From positions 121,369-185,368 of the forward strand of contig CALVYP010000002.1 in the NCBI GenBank assembly GCA_944372365.1: 64,000 nt of DNA. The letters are read 5' to 3'. Below, one piece after another: positions 20,909 to 29,840 of the stretch. The notes under the pieces were generated by a model, which worked only from the letters and a program-made list of their open reading frames with translations, made no database searches and had not been told where the DNA came from. The translations under genes and the position numbers were made by a program. The stretch's first letter is position 1. Each line of letters opens with the position of its first letter. The DNA comes from an uncultured Clostridia bacterium (GTDB taxonomy: Bacteria; Bacillota; Clostridia; Christensenellales; UBA1242).

Positions 20909-22063
20909 ATGAAAAGATTTTTTATATTTAGTATGATTTCTGCCATAATACTATCAACATATTGTGGTATTATGCCAATTTCAGTGCAAGCGGCTGCTGT
21001 GGAAGATGTGTCAAGCAAAAGCGCAGTGCTTATGGATTATGGAAGTGGCGATGTGCTTTTTGAAAAAAATTCACACGATAAAGTTCCGGTTGCAAGCATG
21101 GTTAAAATGATGACGATTCTTTTAACTGTTGAAGAAATTGAAGAAGGCAATTTGCATTTAAACGACATGCTTACAACAACCGAAAATGCTGCTGGCATGG
21201 GCGGTTCGCAGGTGTTTATTGACGCTTATGTTGATTACAGCGTTGAAGATATGCTTAAAAGTGTGATTGTTGCCTCGGCCAACGATGCGTCGGTTGCGCT
21301 TGCTGAATATATAAGCGGAAGCGAGCAAACTTTTGTTAAAAAAATGAACGAGCGTGCAAAACAACTTTGCATGCATGACACCAACTATGTCAACTGCACT
21401 GGCTTGCCAGCGCCGGAACAATATTCTTCTGCCTATGACAGCGCGATAATTTTGCAGCAACTTGCAGGGCATGAGTTGTATCACAATTACAGTTCAATTT
21501 GGATGCAGGATTTAGTTCATCCATCGGGAAGAAAAACTGGGCTTGTAAACACCAACCGTTTGATTAGATATTATCAAGGCTGCGATGGTGGCAAAACAGG
21601 CTCTACAAATGAAGCGGGCTGCTGCCTTGCTGCAACGGCGAAGCGCGACGATATGCGGCTTATAGGCGTTGTGGTTGGCGCAAAGGATTCTAAAACAAGG
21701 TTTAACGAATGCTCAAGTTTGTTTAACTATGGCTTTGCCAACTTTGAAAACAAAAGTTTGGTTTCAACGCAGCAGTCACTGTCAAGTTTGCCGGTTTCAA
21801 AAGGCAAGATAGACAAAACTCAAATTTTTGCTGCTGAAAACTACTCGGCGGTTGTCAAAAAGGGTGAAGATTCAGATTATGAAGTCACCTATCACATGCC
21901 AACCTTTGTTAAAGCGCCTGCAAAAGCAGGGCAAAGCGTGGGCAAAATTATTGTAAGCAAGGGCGGAGTTGTTGTAAAAGAGATAGACGCAGTTTTGGCT
22001 GAAGAGTTGCAGGCGATGAGCTATTTTGACACGATTAAAAAAATTGGTGAATGCTGGCGATAA
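20909..22063 (+). CDS. D-alanyl-D-alanine carboxypeptidase (peptidase S11)
   Basis: Signal peptide, SMVKM (SxxK), SANDA (SxN), KTGST (KTG). ATG 20909 has SD AAAGAGG and is preferred over GTG 20903. Confidence 0.9.
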   Translation: MKRFFIFSMISAIILSTYCGIMPISVQAAAVEDVSSKSAVLMDYGSGDVLFEKNSHDKVPVASMVKMMTILLTVEEIEEGNLHLNDMLTTTENAAGMGGSQVFIDAYVDYSVEDMLKSVIVASANDASVALAEYISGSEQTFVKKMNERAKQLCMHDTNYVNCTGLPAPEQYSSAYDSAIILQQLAGHELYHNYSSIWMQDLVHPSGRKTGLVNTNRLIRYYQGCDGGKTGSTNEAGCCLAATAKRDDMRLIGVVVGAKDSKTRFNECSSLFNYGFANFENKSLVSTQQSLSSLPVSKGKIDKTQIFAAENYSAVVKKGEDSDYEVTYHMPTFVKAPAKAGQSVGKIIVSKGGVVVKEIDAVLAEELQAMSYFDTIKKIGECWR

Positions 22064-22070
22064 AATTTTA

Positions 22071-22098
22071 AACCTGCTTTAATTTAAGCGGGTTTTTT
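22071..22098 (+). terminator. rho-independent terminator after the carboxypeptidase gene
   Basis: AACCTGCTT / AAGCGGGTT stem (one G-U pair) followed by T6. Confidence 0.6.
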
Positions 22099-22099
22099 G

Positions 22100-22128
22100 T
22101 TGGAAAAATTTTTGGGTTTTGGTATACT
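22100..22128 (+). promoter_or_regulatory. sigma-A-type promoter abutting the M50 protease start codon
   Basis: TTGGAA (22100-22105), 17 nt, TGg-TATACT (22123-22128), 8 nt, ATG 22137. An in-frame TAA at 22128-22130 (overlapping the last base of the -10) excludes an upstream start. Confidence 0.5.
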
Positions 22129-22136
22129 AAATAGGT

Positions 22137-22796
22137 ATGATTTACTATTTTTTCACACTTCCATTAAGCGGGTGGCAATTTTTGGCGTTTATCTTGGCGT
22201 ATTTCTTCGCCGTTGCTTTGGCTTTTTCGGCGCATGAGTTTTCGCACGCCTTGGTTGCCTATTGGTGCGGAGATAAAACCGCAAAAGCTCAGGGCAGAAT
22301 GTCGCTTAATCCGTTTAAGCATTTTGATGGAATTGGCTTGCTTTCGTTTTTGCTTGTAGGCTTTGGCTGGGCAAAACCTGTGCCAATAAATCCGCTGTAT
22401 TTCAGAAACTACAAAAAAGGCGTCAGGCTGGTTTCATCTTCTGGCGTGATAACAAACTTTGTGCTTGGCATAATTTTCAGCTGCATTTTTTTCTTTATCA
22501 GTCCGTTGCTAAACATAAACAACATGTTTTTCATGTTTATCTATTTCTTTCTCATGATCGCCTCAACTATAAACTTTTCTCTTGCACTGTTTAACATTTT
22601 GCCAATTTTTCCACTTGACGGCTTTAATTTTTTAGCATCTTTTTTAAAACCTGATAACAAATACTTACAATTTATGTATAAATATGGTAGTATAATTTTG
22701 TTGGTGATAATCATTCTGCCTATTTTTGATTTGTTCTACTACTATGTGATAGGCGGAGTTGAAAGTTTATTCTTTAAACTGTGGGGGCTGTTTTAA
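22137..22796 (+). CDS. site-2 protease family (peptidase M50) membrane protein
   Basis: HEFSHALVAYWCGD (HExxH in a TM helix), NILPIFPLDG motif, multi-TM. Confidence 0.85.
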   Translation: MIYYFFTLPLSGWQFLAFILAYFFAVALAFSAHEFSHALVAYWCGDKTAKAQGRMSLNPFKHFDGIGLLSFLLVGFGWAKPVPINPLYFRNYKKGVRLVSSSGVITNFVLGIIFSCIFFFISPLLNINNMFFMFIYFFLMIASTINFSLALFNILPIFPLDGFNFLASFLKPDNKYLQFMYKYGSIILLVIIILPIFDLFYYYVIGGVESLFFKLWGLF

Positions 22797-23548
22797 TGGA
22801 AACGGGCGAGCAATTAAATTTTTTGGATGATAAAGTTAGGTTTAAGCTGGATAATTTTGAAGGCCCGCTTGATTTATTGCTGCACCTGATTAAATCTGCC
22901 AAAATGGACATCATGGAAGTTAAACTTGCCGACATCACCGAGCAATATCTTGACTATATGCAGGATATCTCGTCTGTGGATATGGAGCGCGCAAGCGAGT
23001 TTATCACGGTTGCCGCAACGCTGATTGAAATTAAATCTAAACATCTTCTGCCGGTTATAACCGAAGAGCAGGATGAAGAAGAAGACAGCGAAGCGCTGCT
23101 GCTTAGAAGACTTAAAGAATATGAGCTTTTCAAAAACATTGGCGCGTCGCTTAAAGAGCGAGAAGATGTGAACAAATTCTATCGCGCCCCAGGAGAAGAA
23201 ACCGAAAAGGTTAAAATCGTGCTTAAAGACATGGTGCTTGATAAGCTGCTTGATGCCTTTGCAGGAATTTTGGCAAGGGCAAGTTTAAAACCTAAACAAG
23301 CGCCAGCCCCTAAAATGGTTGTTAAAGATAGGTTTACAGTTGCTGAAAAAATCATTTCAATCCGCAATTTTTCGCGTGAACACAAGCGTTTTGACTTTGA
23401 AGATTTGTTTGTTGAAGATATGACCAAAAGCGAGATGATAAATGTTTTCTTGGCGCTGTTAGAGCTTTTAAAACTGCAAACCATCAGGGTTGAACAGGCG
23501 GGAATTTTTAATAAAATACATATCATTGCAAATGAGGAGGAAGCATGA
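22796..23548 (+). CDS. scpA: segregation and condensation protein A
   Basis: FEGPLDLLLHLIKSAKMDI motif. ATG 22796 overlaps the preceding TAA (TAATG). scpB follows. Confidence 0.9.
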   Translation: METGEQLNFLDDKVRFKLDNFEGPLDLLLHLIKSAKMDIMEVKLADITEQYLDYMQDISSVDMERASEFITVAATLIEIKSKHLLPVITEEQDEEEDSEALLLRRLKEYELFKNIGASLKEREDVNKFYRAPGEETEKVKIVLKDMVLDKLLDAFAGILARASLKPKQAPAPKMVVKDRFTVAEKIISIRNFSREHKRFDFEDLFVEDMTKSEMINVFLALLELLKLQTIRVEQAGIFNKIHIIANEEEA

Positions 23549-24204
23549 GCATCGACACAAAATATAACTTAAAAGAAGTTGTCAGGGCGGTTTTATTTGT
23601 TGCTGGCGAAGGTGTGGAAAAGCATTATTTGGCTGAAAAACTTGATGTAAGCATGAAAGAACTTGAAAAGGCGGTTTGCGCGCTTGAAGAGGAGTGCTCT
23701 GGTGAAAACGGCGTGCATCTTATCAGGTTTAAAGATAAAATTCAGCTTGCTTCTAATCCAAACTTTGCAAACTATGTTTCGGATGTTTTAAGCCCAGTTA
23801 GAGAAAAGTCGCTCACTCGTGCGGCACTCGAAACGCTTGCAATCATCGCTTACAAACAGCCTGTCACAAAACTTGAAATCGAAGACATTCGAAGGGTGAA
23901 TTGCGACTATGCAACGCAGGCGCTACTCGATCAAAACATGATTGAAATTGTGGGCAGAAAAGATGCTGTTGGCAGGCCGCTGCTTTTTGGCACAACCGAA
24001 GAATTTTTGAAAAGATTTAACATCAAAGATGTCAATGAACTGCCTGACTATGACGAACTGATGGAGAGAATCAAAGTGCTGCATGACGAAGAGCAGCCAG
24101 AGAGCGACACATTGTTTAAAAATGTGGATGACTTTAAGTTTGAAGATGAACTGCCTGTGGCAGAAGAAGGAGAGCAGTTTTTCTCGGTGGACGGAGAAGA
24201 ATAG
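23545..24204 (+). CDS. scpB: segregation and condensation protein B
   Basis: AVLFVAGEGV.. and ALETLAIIAYKQPVTKLEIEDIRRVN motifs. Overlaps the scpA stop. Confidence 0.9.
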   Translation: MSIDTKYNLKEVVRAVLFVAGEGVEKHYLAEKLDVSMKELEKAVCALEEECSGENGVHLIRFKDKIQLASNPNFANYVSDVLSPVREKSLTRAALETLAIIAYKQPVTKLEIEDIRRVNCDYATQALLDQNMIEIVGRKDAVGRPLLFGTTEEFLKRFNIKDVNELPDYDELMERIKVLHDEEQPESDTLFKNVDDFKFEDELPVAEEGEQFFSVDGEE

Positions 24205-24301
24205 CGCGCCGCATCACAACCGCACGCATGTGCGGTTGTTTTTTTTTGCACGCGTGCGTGCAAAAACTTGCCTGCCTTTCGGCAGGCAAAATGCGGCGCG
24301 C
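24204..24301 (+). other. 98-nt GC-rich closed four-way-junction element; its first hairpin is the probable scpB terminator
   Basis: An 11-bp closing stem (24204-24214 / 24291-24301) encloses three perfect hairpins at 24216-24239 (followed by T8), 24247-24262 and 24268-24289. Confidence 0.6.
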
Positions 24302-24446
24302 AAAATATCCAAATAAATTGCCCAAGCCTCGCATAAATTTAGATTATGAAAATAAAATATTCAAGGCAAATCAGTTTAAGAAAATGCGTGGGCTTGCTAA
24401 TCTTATCAGACATAACCGCGCTGATTGTTTTGTCGGTGTTTGAGAT

Positions 24447-25283
24447 ATGCGGATTTTAAAAAAAATTCCCATTCATCCAACATTTATTTTACTGTTTTTC
24501 TGGTTTCTGCTCTCTGGGGTGGTGCTTGAATTTTTTATACTTATTGGCGTAGTGCTAATCCATGAACTTGGGCATTATGTTGTTGCGAAAAAACTTGGCT
24601 ATAAATTAAGCGGCTTCTATCTAGCACCGTATGGTGTTTCGTTAAATTATAAAGATGGCAAATTTTTGCCATATGATGAAGTCAAAATTGCACTTGCTGG
24701 GCCTATGGCAAATTTTGCGTTAAGTTTTTTGTTGCTGGGGCTTTGGTGGCTTTTTCCTGTTTTATATTGTTTCACATATCAAATTGCAAATTTAAGTTTG
24801 TTTTTGGCGCTGTTCAATCTGCTGCCGGCATATCCGCTTGATGGTGGCAGAGTGCTTGTAAGCGCGCTGAGCGAAAAGTTGGGCAGAAAAAAGGCGCTAA
24901 AAATTTCGATTGCGTTTAACTTAGCCTTCTGTGTGGTATTTTTTATAGGCTTTGTGATTACATGTTTTATAAACTACAATCCAACATTGGCGTTGATGGT
25001 TGTGTTTTTGCTTGGGGGAATAATGGAAAGCAAGTTTGAAGGCAGATATGAAAGCATAAATTTATTCAACAAAAAGATTAAAGATTTTTCGCATGTAAAA
25101 AGTTTGGCGGTGAGTGAGCAGGCTTCGCTAGGCGAACTTTTGCGAGCAATCGATTCGGGCAAGTTGACGCTGTTTTACATTTTGTATGCAGACGGCAAAA
25201 CGCGCATATTAAGTGAAAAGGCGGTGCTATCTCTTTGCATGAAGCACCCAATAACAACCAAAATTAAAGACTTAATGCTATAA
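24447..25283 (+). CDS. spoIVFB: SpoIVFB-like M50 metalloprotease (candidate pro-sigma-K processing enzyme)
   Basis: IHELGHYVVAKKLGY (HExxH), NLLPAYPLDGGRVL, and a soluble tail of about 90 aa. Length and layout resemble B. subtilis SpoIVFB. sigK is in the same window. Confidence 0.55.
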   Translation: MRILKKIPIHPTFILLFFWFLLSGVVLEFFILIGVVLIHELGHYVVAKKLGYKLSGFYLAPYGVSLNYKDGKFLPYDEVKIALAGPMANFALSFLLLGLWWLFPVLYCFTYQIANLSLFLALFNLLPAYPLDGGRVLVSALSEKLGRKKALKISIAFNLAFCVVFFIGFVITCFINYNPTLALMVVFLLGGIMESKFEGRYESINLFNKKIKDFSHVKSLAVSEQASLGELLRAIDSGKLTLFYILYADGKTRILSEKAVLSLCMKHPITTKIKDLML

Positions 25284-25311
25284 AAAACTCTTTGCGTTTA
25301 CAAAGAGTTTT
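25283..25311. terminator. bidirectional terminator between convergent genes
   Basis: AAAAACTCTTTG-CGTTTA-CAAAGAGTTTTT. A second AT-rich hairpin lies at 25317-25344. Confidence 0.6.
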
Positions 25312-25348
25312 CTGGCTATTATGTTATATTTTCATAACATAATACCAC

Positions 25349-25792
25349 TTAATCTAAATACGGCAAAAGTTTTTCTATGCTGCCTTTTTGATAGTCTTTT
25401 AGTCTTTGCAAAATTTCATCAAGTTCGGTTGAAATGCCTTTGTGGTCGGAAAGGTCTTTCACACAAGTGATATAGCCCATAAACGAGCCAAGCAGAAGAA
25501 GCTCAGCAATTTTGCGGTTGGATTTATCGCTCATGGTAGACATGTTCACGCTCATCCACATCCTTGCTTTTTCAAACCAGTTGTTGCCTTTAATGCCTTT
25601 AATATTTTCGCTTTTAGCAAAAAGTTCGCACTCTTTTGCAAGAGCCATATAGTCGCTTTGAATTTCAGCCACAACCTTTTTAAATGCGTCGTCTTCAATT
25701 TTTGGAAGTATATCTTCAATCGACTGCGTTCCTGCATTGATGTTTTGGTAGATTGCGTTTACATAATCCATAATAAGTTCTTGTTTTTGCAT
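25349..25792 (-). CDS. hypothetical helical protein, family not recognised
   Basis: 147-aa ORF with SD AAGGAGA 6 nt upstream of its ATG and a terminator downstream. Predicted to be mostly helical from composition. Confidence 0.6.
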   Translation of the reverse strand: MQKQELIMDYVNAIYQNINAGTQSIEDILPKIEDDAFKKVVAEIQSDYMALAKECELFAKSENIKGIKGNNWFEKARMWMSVNMSTMSDKSNRKIAELLLLGSFMGYITCVKDLSDHKGISTELDEILQRLKDYQKGSIEKLLPYLD

Positions 25793-25880
25793 GTTTTTCT
25801 CCTTATGCCTTTATTGTGCGGCCAAAAATTATTTTCTATTCATCAGGAATACATTTTTTTATTTTTCTCAAAATAGGGAT

Positions 25881-27284
25881 ATGAAAACATCCACAAAGGT
25901 TTTAATAGCGCTTTATGTCTTAACGCTGATTCCGTCACTTGTGCTGGGACAATATGTTTTTGCGGGGATTACGGCAACTGGAACAGGATTTGCGTTTAAT
26001 TTTTCAACGCTGGGCATAATCGGCATAATTTTGTTGGTTGTGAACAATATTTTTGGTGGAATTTTGTATCTAAGGTTTTTGCGAACACTCAAACTTTCAA
26101 AAACCATATTTTTTGCAACGCTGCCGCTAAGCGTTTTTTATGGAGTTGGCATGTTTTTTGTTGCAGGCAGTGCGCTTTTTAATGGCGTGATATTTGCTTC
26201 AATCCGCGCCATGCTAAACATATCTGCACAAAACAGTTTCAACGCGGTTTTGTGGGGGATTTTGCTTACACTGGTTTATTTTTTAGCGCTGTTTTTAATT
26301 TATTCCTATCTCTGCCGACCAGTTCAAAAGGTTGAAATGTTTGCACGCAGACTTGGTGATGGCCGAATTGAAGGGCAAAAAATGTGGCTTGGAAAATCTA
26401 AACAGTTTCAAAACATTGAAGCGGCTCTTGAAAAGATAAATTACAACTATCTTGAAAAAGATAATCAGGTTTTGCAAACAGATTTGCAGGCGCAAAAGTT
26501 TGTTCCGCGTCAGTTTTTAAAATTTTTGGGTAAAAGCTCGGTTGCCGAACTTGAACTTGGCAGCAGCGTTAGCAAAAGGGCGACGATTATGTTTTGTAAT
26601 ATTTCAGGTGATGGCAAAAAGCAAAACATGTCGCTTGAAGAAAATTTTAATTTTGTAAACTCCTATTTAAACATCATCTCTCCAATAATTTCAAGGTGTG
26701 GCGGGTTTGTTGATAAATACGCAGCTGAAGGCATTTATGCGGTGTTTATGCATCCGCAAGCAGCTGTTGACTGTGCGGTTAAAATTCACAAATGCATAGA
26801 GATTAAAAATCGCAGCCAAAGTCATCTTACAAGCATAAACGAAAGCATTTGCATTCACACAACCGATGTTGTTTTTGGCATAGTTGGCGAAGAAGAGCAT
26901 AAAAGTCCAACCATAATAAGCGGCGATGATATGCTGCAAAAACTCAGCCAAATCAACAACTATATAGGCACAAAAATAATCTTCACTCAGCACTCGCTTA
27001 GAGAACTTGCGATAAAATCGGGTGTGGATTATCGCATGCTTGGCAGTGTGATGTTAAAGAATAGGCCTTGTGCGGTTTTTGAATGCTTAAATGCCTATCC
27101 GCACAAAAAATGCCAGCGCCTTAAAGCGCTTAAAAACACCTTTGAAGAAGGCGTGCGGCTGTATGACAATGGCGAGTTTTACAAAGCAAAGGGCATGTTT
27201 AAAGAGATTTTAAAATATGTCAGTGACGATAAGCCGTCGTATGTTTATTTCAACAACGCGTGTGATAGGCTTGATATTTCTTGA
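25881..27284 (+). CDS. membrane-anchored class III cyclase-homology-domain protein with non-canonical catalytic residues
   Basis: Several N-terminal TM helices, a HAMP-like linker, a cyclase-like core (IMFCNISGDG, VDKYAAEGIYAVF, CIHTTDVVFGIVG, SGDDMLQKLSQ) and a TPR-like end. ATG 25881 is preferred over the ORF-track 25791. Confidence 0.65.
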   Translation: MKTSTKVLIALYVLTLIPSLVLGQYVFAGITATGTGFAFNFSTLGIIGIILLVVNNIFGGILYLRFLRTLKLSKTIFFATLPLSVFYGVGMFFVAGSALFNGVIFASIRAMLNISAQNSFNAVLWGILLTLVYFLALFLIYSYLCRPVQKVEMFARRLGDGRIEGQKMWLGKSKQFQNIEAALEKINYNYLEKDNQVLQTDLQAQKFVPRQFLKFLGKSSVAELELGSSVSKRATIMFCNISGDGKKQNMSLEENFNFVNSYLNIISPIISRCGGFVDKYAAEGIYAVFMHPQAAVDCAVKIHKCIEIKNRSQSHLTSINESICIHTTDVVFGIVGEEEHKSPTIISGDDMLQKLSQINNYIGTKIIFTQHSLRELAIKSGVDYRMLGSVMLKNRPCAVFECLNAYPHKKCQRLKALKNTFEEGVRLYDNGEFYKAKGMFKEILKYVSDDKPSYVYFNNACDRLDIS

Positions 27285-27309
27285 CAAAAGCAAAGCTTTT
27301 AAGTAATAT
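27281..27309 (+). promoter_or_regulatory. sigma-A-type promoter abutting the TM2-protein start codon
   Basis: TTGACA (27281-27286, containing the upstream TGA stop), 17 nt, TAATAT (27304-27309), 7 nt, ATG 27317. No SD. Confidence 0.55.
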
Positions 27310-27316
27310 TTTAAAT

Positions 27317-27820
27317 ATGGATTTTAAAGGCAGACAAACGCAAAAATGTCCGCGTTGCGGCGGCAAAGCACTGATAAACCAAACAAAATGTCCAGATTGT
27401 GGGCTGGTTTTTTCAAAACTTGAATACGCCACAAATAAAGCCGCAGGTGAAAGGTATAAAGCAGGCGAGCGCAGTGCAATTGTGTTTGTTAAAAAAACGC
27501 CGATAGATTTAAAAAAGTGGAAGTTGATTTTGTTTGGCGTTTTGCTTGGGCTTTTTGGCGCGCACTATTTTTACACTCGCAGATGGTGGTGGGCTATTTT
27601 TTATCTGTTGGGCTTTGCTCTGCTTTCGGTGTGCGTAATTTTCAACGGCTATCTCGTTGGCGTTGCTGATGGCGCACTTATCGATGTTTTGGCGTTTTTT
27701 GTCGGCATATATGGCGTATGCTGGATTTTTGATGTTGTTCGCATATGTTTAGGCAGGTTTAAAATTCCTGTTTCAATTCCAAAACACATGCAAGTTGTGG
27801 AAAATGAGGAGCAAAAATGA
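27317..27820 (+). CDS. zinc-ribbon plus TM2-domain membrane protein
   Basis: CPRCGG..17 aa..CPDCG zinc ribbon followed by the TM2-like [18 protein letters not shown] helix pair. Confidence 0.7.
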   Translation: MDFKGRQTQKCPRCGGKALINQTKCPDCGLVFSKLEYATNKAAGERYKAGERSAIVFVKKTPIDLKKWKLILFGVLLGLFGAHYFYTRRWWWAIFYLLGFALLSVCVIFNGYLVGVADGALIDVLAFFVGIYGVCWIFDVVRICLGRFKIPVSIPKHMQVVENEEQK

Positions 27821-28887
27821 GAGTTGTTGTTGGAATAAGTGGCGGTGTTGACAGTTCGGTTGCAGCCTATCTTTTAAAGCAGCAGGGGCACGATGTTATC
27901 GGCCTGTTTATGGTGAATTGGGAAGAGCAAGACGGCTCTTGCACTGCCGAAACAGATTTTGAAGATGTAAAGCGCGTGTGCAATAAAATTGGCATTCCAT
28001 ATTTTTCTGTCAACTATTCCAAGCAGTATTATGACCGCGTTTTCAAGCACTTTTTGGAAGAGTATAAAAAGGGCAGAACGCCAAATCCTGATGTGCTGTG
28101 CAATCGTGAAATCAAATTTGGCCCATTTTTGGAGAAGGCTAAGGCGCTTGGTGCAGATGCAATCGCAACAGGGCACTATGCAAAAAAGATTGAAAAAGAC
28201 GGCAAGTTTTATCTTTGCAAAGCGCATGATTTAAACAAGGATCAATCATATTTTTTAAACCAACTTTCGCAATCGCAACTTGCAAGCGTATTGTTTCCGC
28301 TGGCAGATATTGATAAGCCCGAAGTGCGAAAAATTGCTGCCGAACTTGGGCTTTCAACCGCTGAAAAAAAGGATTCCACCGGCATTTGCTTTATCGGCGA
28401 AAGAAACTTTAAAAACTTTTTAAAGGGCTATCTTCCTGCTCAGCCGGGCGACATTGTCGACTTGGAAGGCAACAAAGTTGGGCGTCATGACGGGCTGATG
28501 TATTACACTTTGGGGCAACGCAGGGGGCTTAACATAGGTGGCAAAAAGGGTGGCAACGGCGAAAGGTGGTTTGTGGTTAAAAAGGATTTGCAAAACAACA
28601 AACTTATCGTTTCGCAGGGCGAAGAAGATGCTCTGTTTTCCAACGGGCTTTTTGCAAGCGAGTTTAATTGGATTCCGCAACAACCAGAAAAGATTGAATT
28701 TGAATGTTTGGCTAAATTTAGATATCGTCAACCAGACCAAAAAGTTAAGGTTACAGTTCTTGATAGCTCGCATATCAAAGTTGATTTTCACCAAAAACAG
28801 CGTGCAATCACGCCGGGGCAATATGTTGTGCTTTACGATGAAAACGGCGTTTGCTATGGTGGCGGCGTAATTGACGAGAGCTATTGA
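27817..28887 (+). CDS. mnmA: tRNA-specific 2-thiouridylase MnmA
   Basis: PP-loop [15 protein letters not shown], and conserved Cys residues. SD GAGGAG. ATGA overlap with the previous gene. Confidence 0.95.
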   Translation: MRVVVGISGGVDSSVAAYLLKQQGHDVIGLFMVNWEEQDGSCTAETDFEDVKRVCNKIGIPYFSVNYSKQYYDRVFKHFLEEYKKGRTPNPDVLCNREIKFGPFLEKAKALGADAIATGHYAKKIEKDGKFYLCKAHDLNKDQSYFLNQLSQSQLASVLFPLADIDKPEVRKIAAELGLSTAEKKDSTGICFIGERNFKNFLKGYLPAQPGDIVDLEGNKVGRHDGLMYYTLGQRRGLNIGGKKGGNGERWFVVKKDLQNNKLIVSQGEEDALFSNGLFASEFNWIPQQPEKIEFECLAKFRYRQPDQKVKVTVLDSSHIKVDFHQKQRAITPGQYVVLYDENGVCYGGGVIDESY

Positions 28888-28911
28888 CAATCGCAGAAAT
28901 TGTGATATAAT
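28884..28911 (+). promoter_or_regulatory. sigma-A-type promoter of the 28940 gene
   Basis: TTGACA (28884-28889, containing the mnmA TGA stop), 16 nt, TGa-TATAAT (28906-28911). Confidence 0.6.
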
Positions 28912-28939
28912 GCAAGTGAATTTAAAAAAGGAGATAACT

Positions 28940-29320
28940 ATGCTTGAAGAATATATAAGCCAAGTAAATGACGCGTATTATGATTATTGCAACAGTGTTA
29001 AAGAGTTTAGCAAAGAAACGCCTTCTAAAAAGGAGATGCTGCAAAGATATCACACATATTTAGATGAAATGATATGTGAGATGGGTGACGATGACAAGCA
29101 AACTTTTAATAATTTAAAATACTTTAAAAATGCTTTCGCCAAAAACAGCAAATTTGTTGAAGAAAATGTTGACGACATTCTTGAAAATTGTGGTTCAGTA
29201 GAGTTGCAGCTGCTTGCAAACGATATTGCAGATAAAAAAGAAATTGTGTTTGACAGCATAAAAGACGCTTGGGATTATTGCTATTGCAAAACAAGCCGCA
29301 TTCTTAACAGAGAATTTTAA
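28940..29320 (+). CDS. hypothetical protein (126 aa, acidic, Cys-containing)
   Basis: ATG 28940 is preceded by AAGGAGA. It has its own consensus promoter. No recognisable motif. Confidence 0.6.
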   Translation: MLEEYISQVNDAYYDYCNSVKEFSKETPSKKEMLQRYHTYLDEMICEMGDDDKQTFNNLKYFKNAFAKNSKFVEENVDDILENCGSVELQLLANDIADKKEIVFDSIKDAWDYCYCKTSRILNREF

Positions 29321-29328
29321 AAATTTGT

Positions 29329-29357
29329 TTGTTTATATTTTGAAAATATGCTAAAAT
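29329..29357 (+). promoter_or_regulatory. sigma-A-type promoter of the 29379 gene
   Basis: TTGTTT (29329-29334), 17 nt, TGc-TAAAAT (29352-29357). Confidence 0.5.
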
Positions 29358-29378
29358 ATAAAAGTAAGGAGTTAGCGA

Positions 29379-29780
29379 ATGAAGAAAGAAGAGATTGTTT
29401 CAACGCATCTGTCATACATTGAAAGCGCGTTTGATCTTTACATACTTGATGTAACCGACTTGTTGGCGCTGTATTCAGAGCATAAGGGTATGGAAGAGTT
29501 GATTGCGCAGATTGGTGAAGAGCAATTAAATTTGCCAAGCATTGAATCTAAGCGTTTTAAACAGCAAGCGATTGCTGCAAAAAATCATTTTGAGCAAATT
29601 TCTGCAAACATAACGCCAGTGCTTAACGGGCTTTGCAGAACTCAGCCTAAGGAAAGATCCAACCAACTGCTTGAAGAAGTGCTTTCAAACGATCTTACAA
29701 TCAAGGATTCCTTTGGTTATGTTATTAAATTTTCGCCAACCGCTAAAAAGCAAACTGAAAAAAATTCTATTGAAAAATAA
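29379..29780 (+). CDS. hypothetical protein (133 aa)
   Basis: SD AAGGAG, own promoter and own terminator. No recognisable motif. Confidence 0.6.
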   Translation: MKKEEIVSTHLSYIESAFDLYILDVTDLLALYSEHKGMEELIAQIGEEQLNLPSIESKRFKQQAIAAKNHFEQISANITPVLNGLCRTQPKERSNQLLEEVLSNDLTIKDSFGYVIKFSPTAKKQTEKNSIEK

Positions 29781-29801
29781 ACGCCGCAATGGCGTTTTTT
29801 T
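29779..29801 (+). terminator. rho-independent terminator
   Basis: AAACGCC-GCAAT-GGCGTTT followed by a T-run. Confidence 0.65.
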
Positions 29802-29802
29802 A

Positions 29803-29831
29803 TTGACAAAATTTGTGTTATTTGCTACATT
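29803..29831 (+). promoter_or_regulatory. sigma-A-type promoter of tRNA-Ser
   Basis: TTGACA (29803-29808), 17 nt, TACATT (29826-29831). The mature tRNA 5' end lies 10 nt after the -10. Confidence 0.55.
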
Positions 29832-29840
29832 ATTCTTCAT

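Noticed and set aside
24346-24462. 38-aa ORF (MKIKYSRQISLRKCVGLLILSDITALIVLSVFEICGF) upstream of the SpoIVFB-like gene.
   Set aside because: There is no SD, and the ATG directly abuts a weak -10-like TAGATT, so it would not be on that transcript. Support is insufficient.
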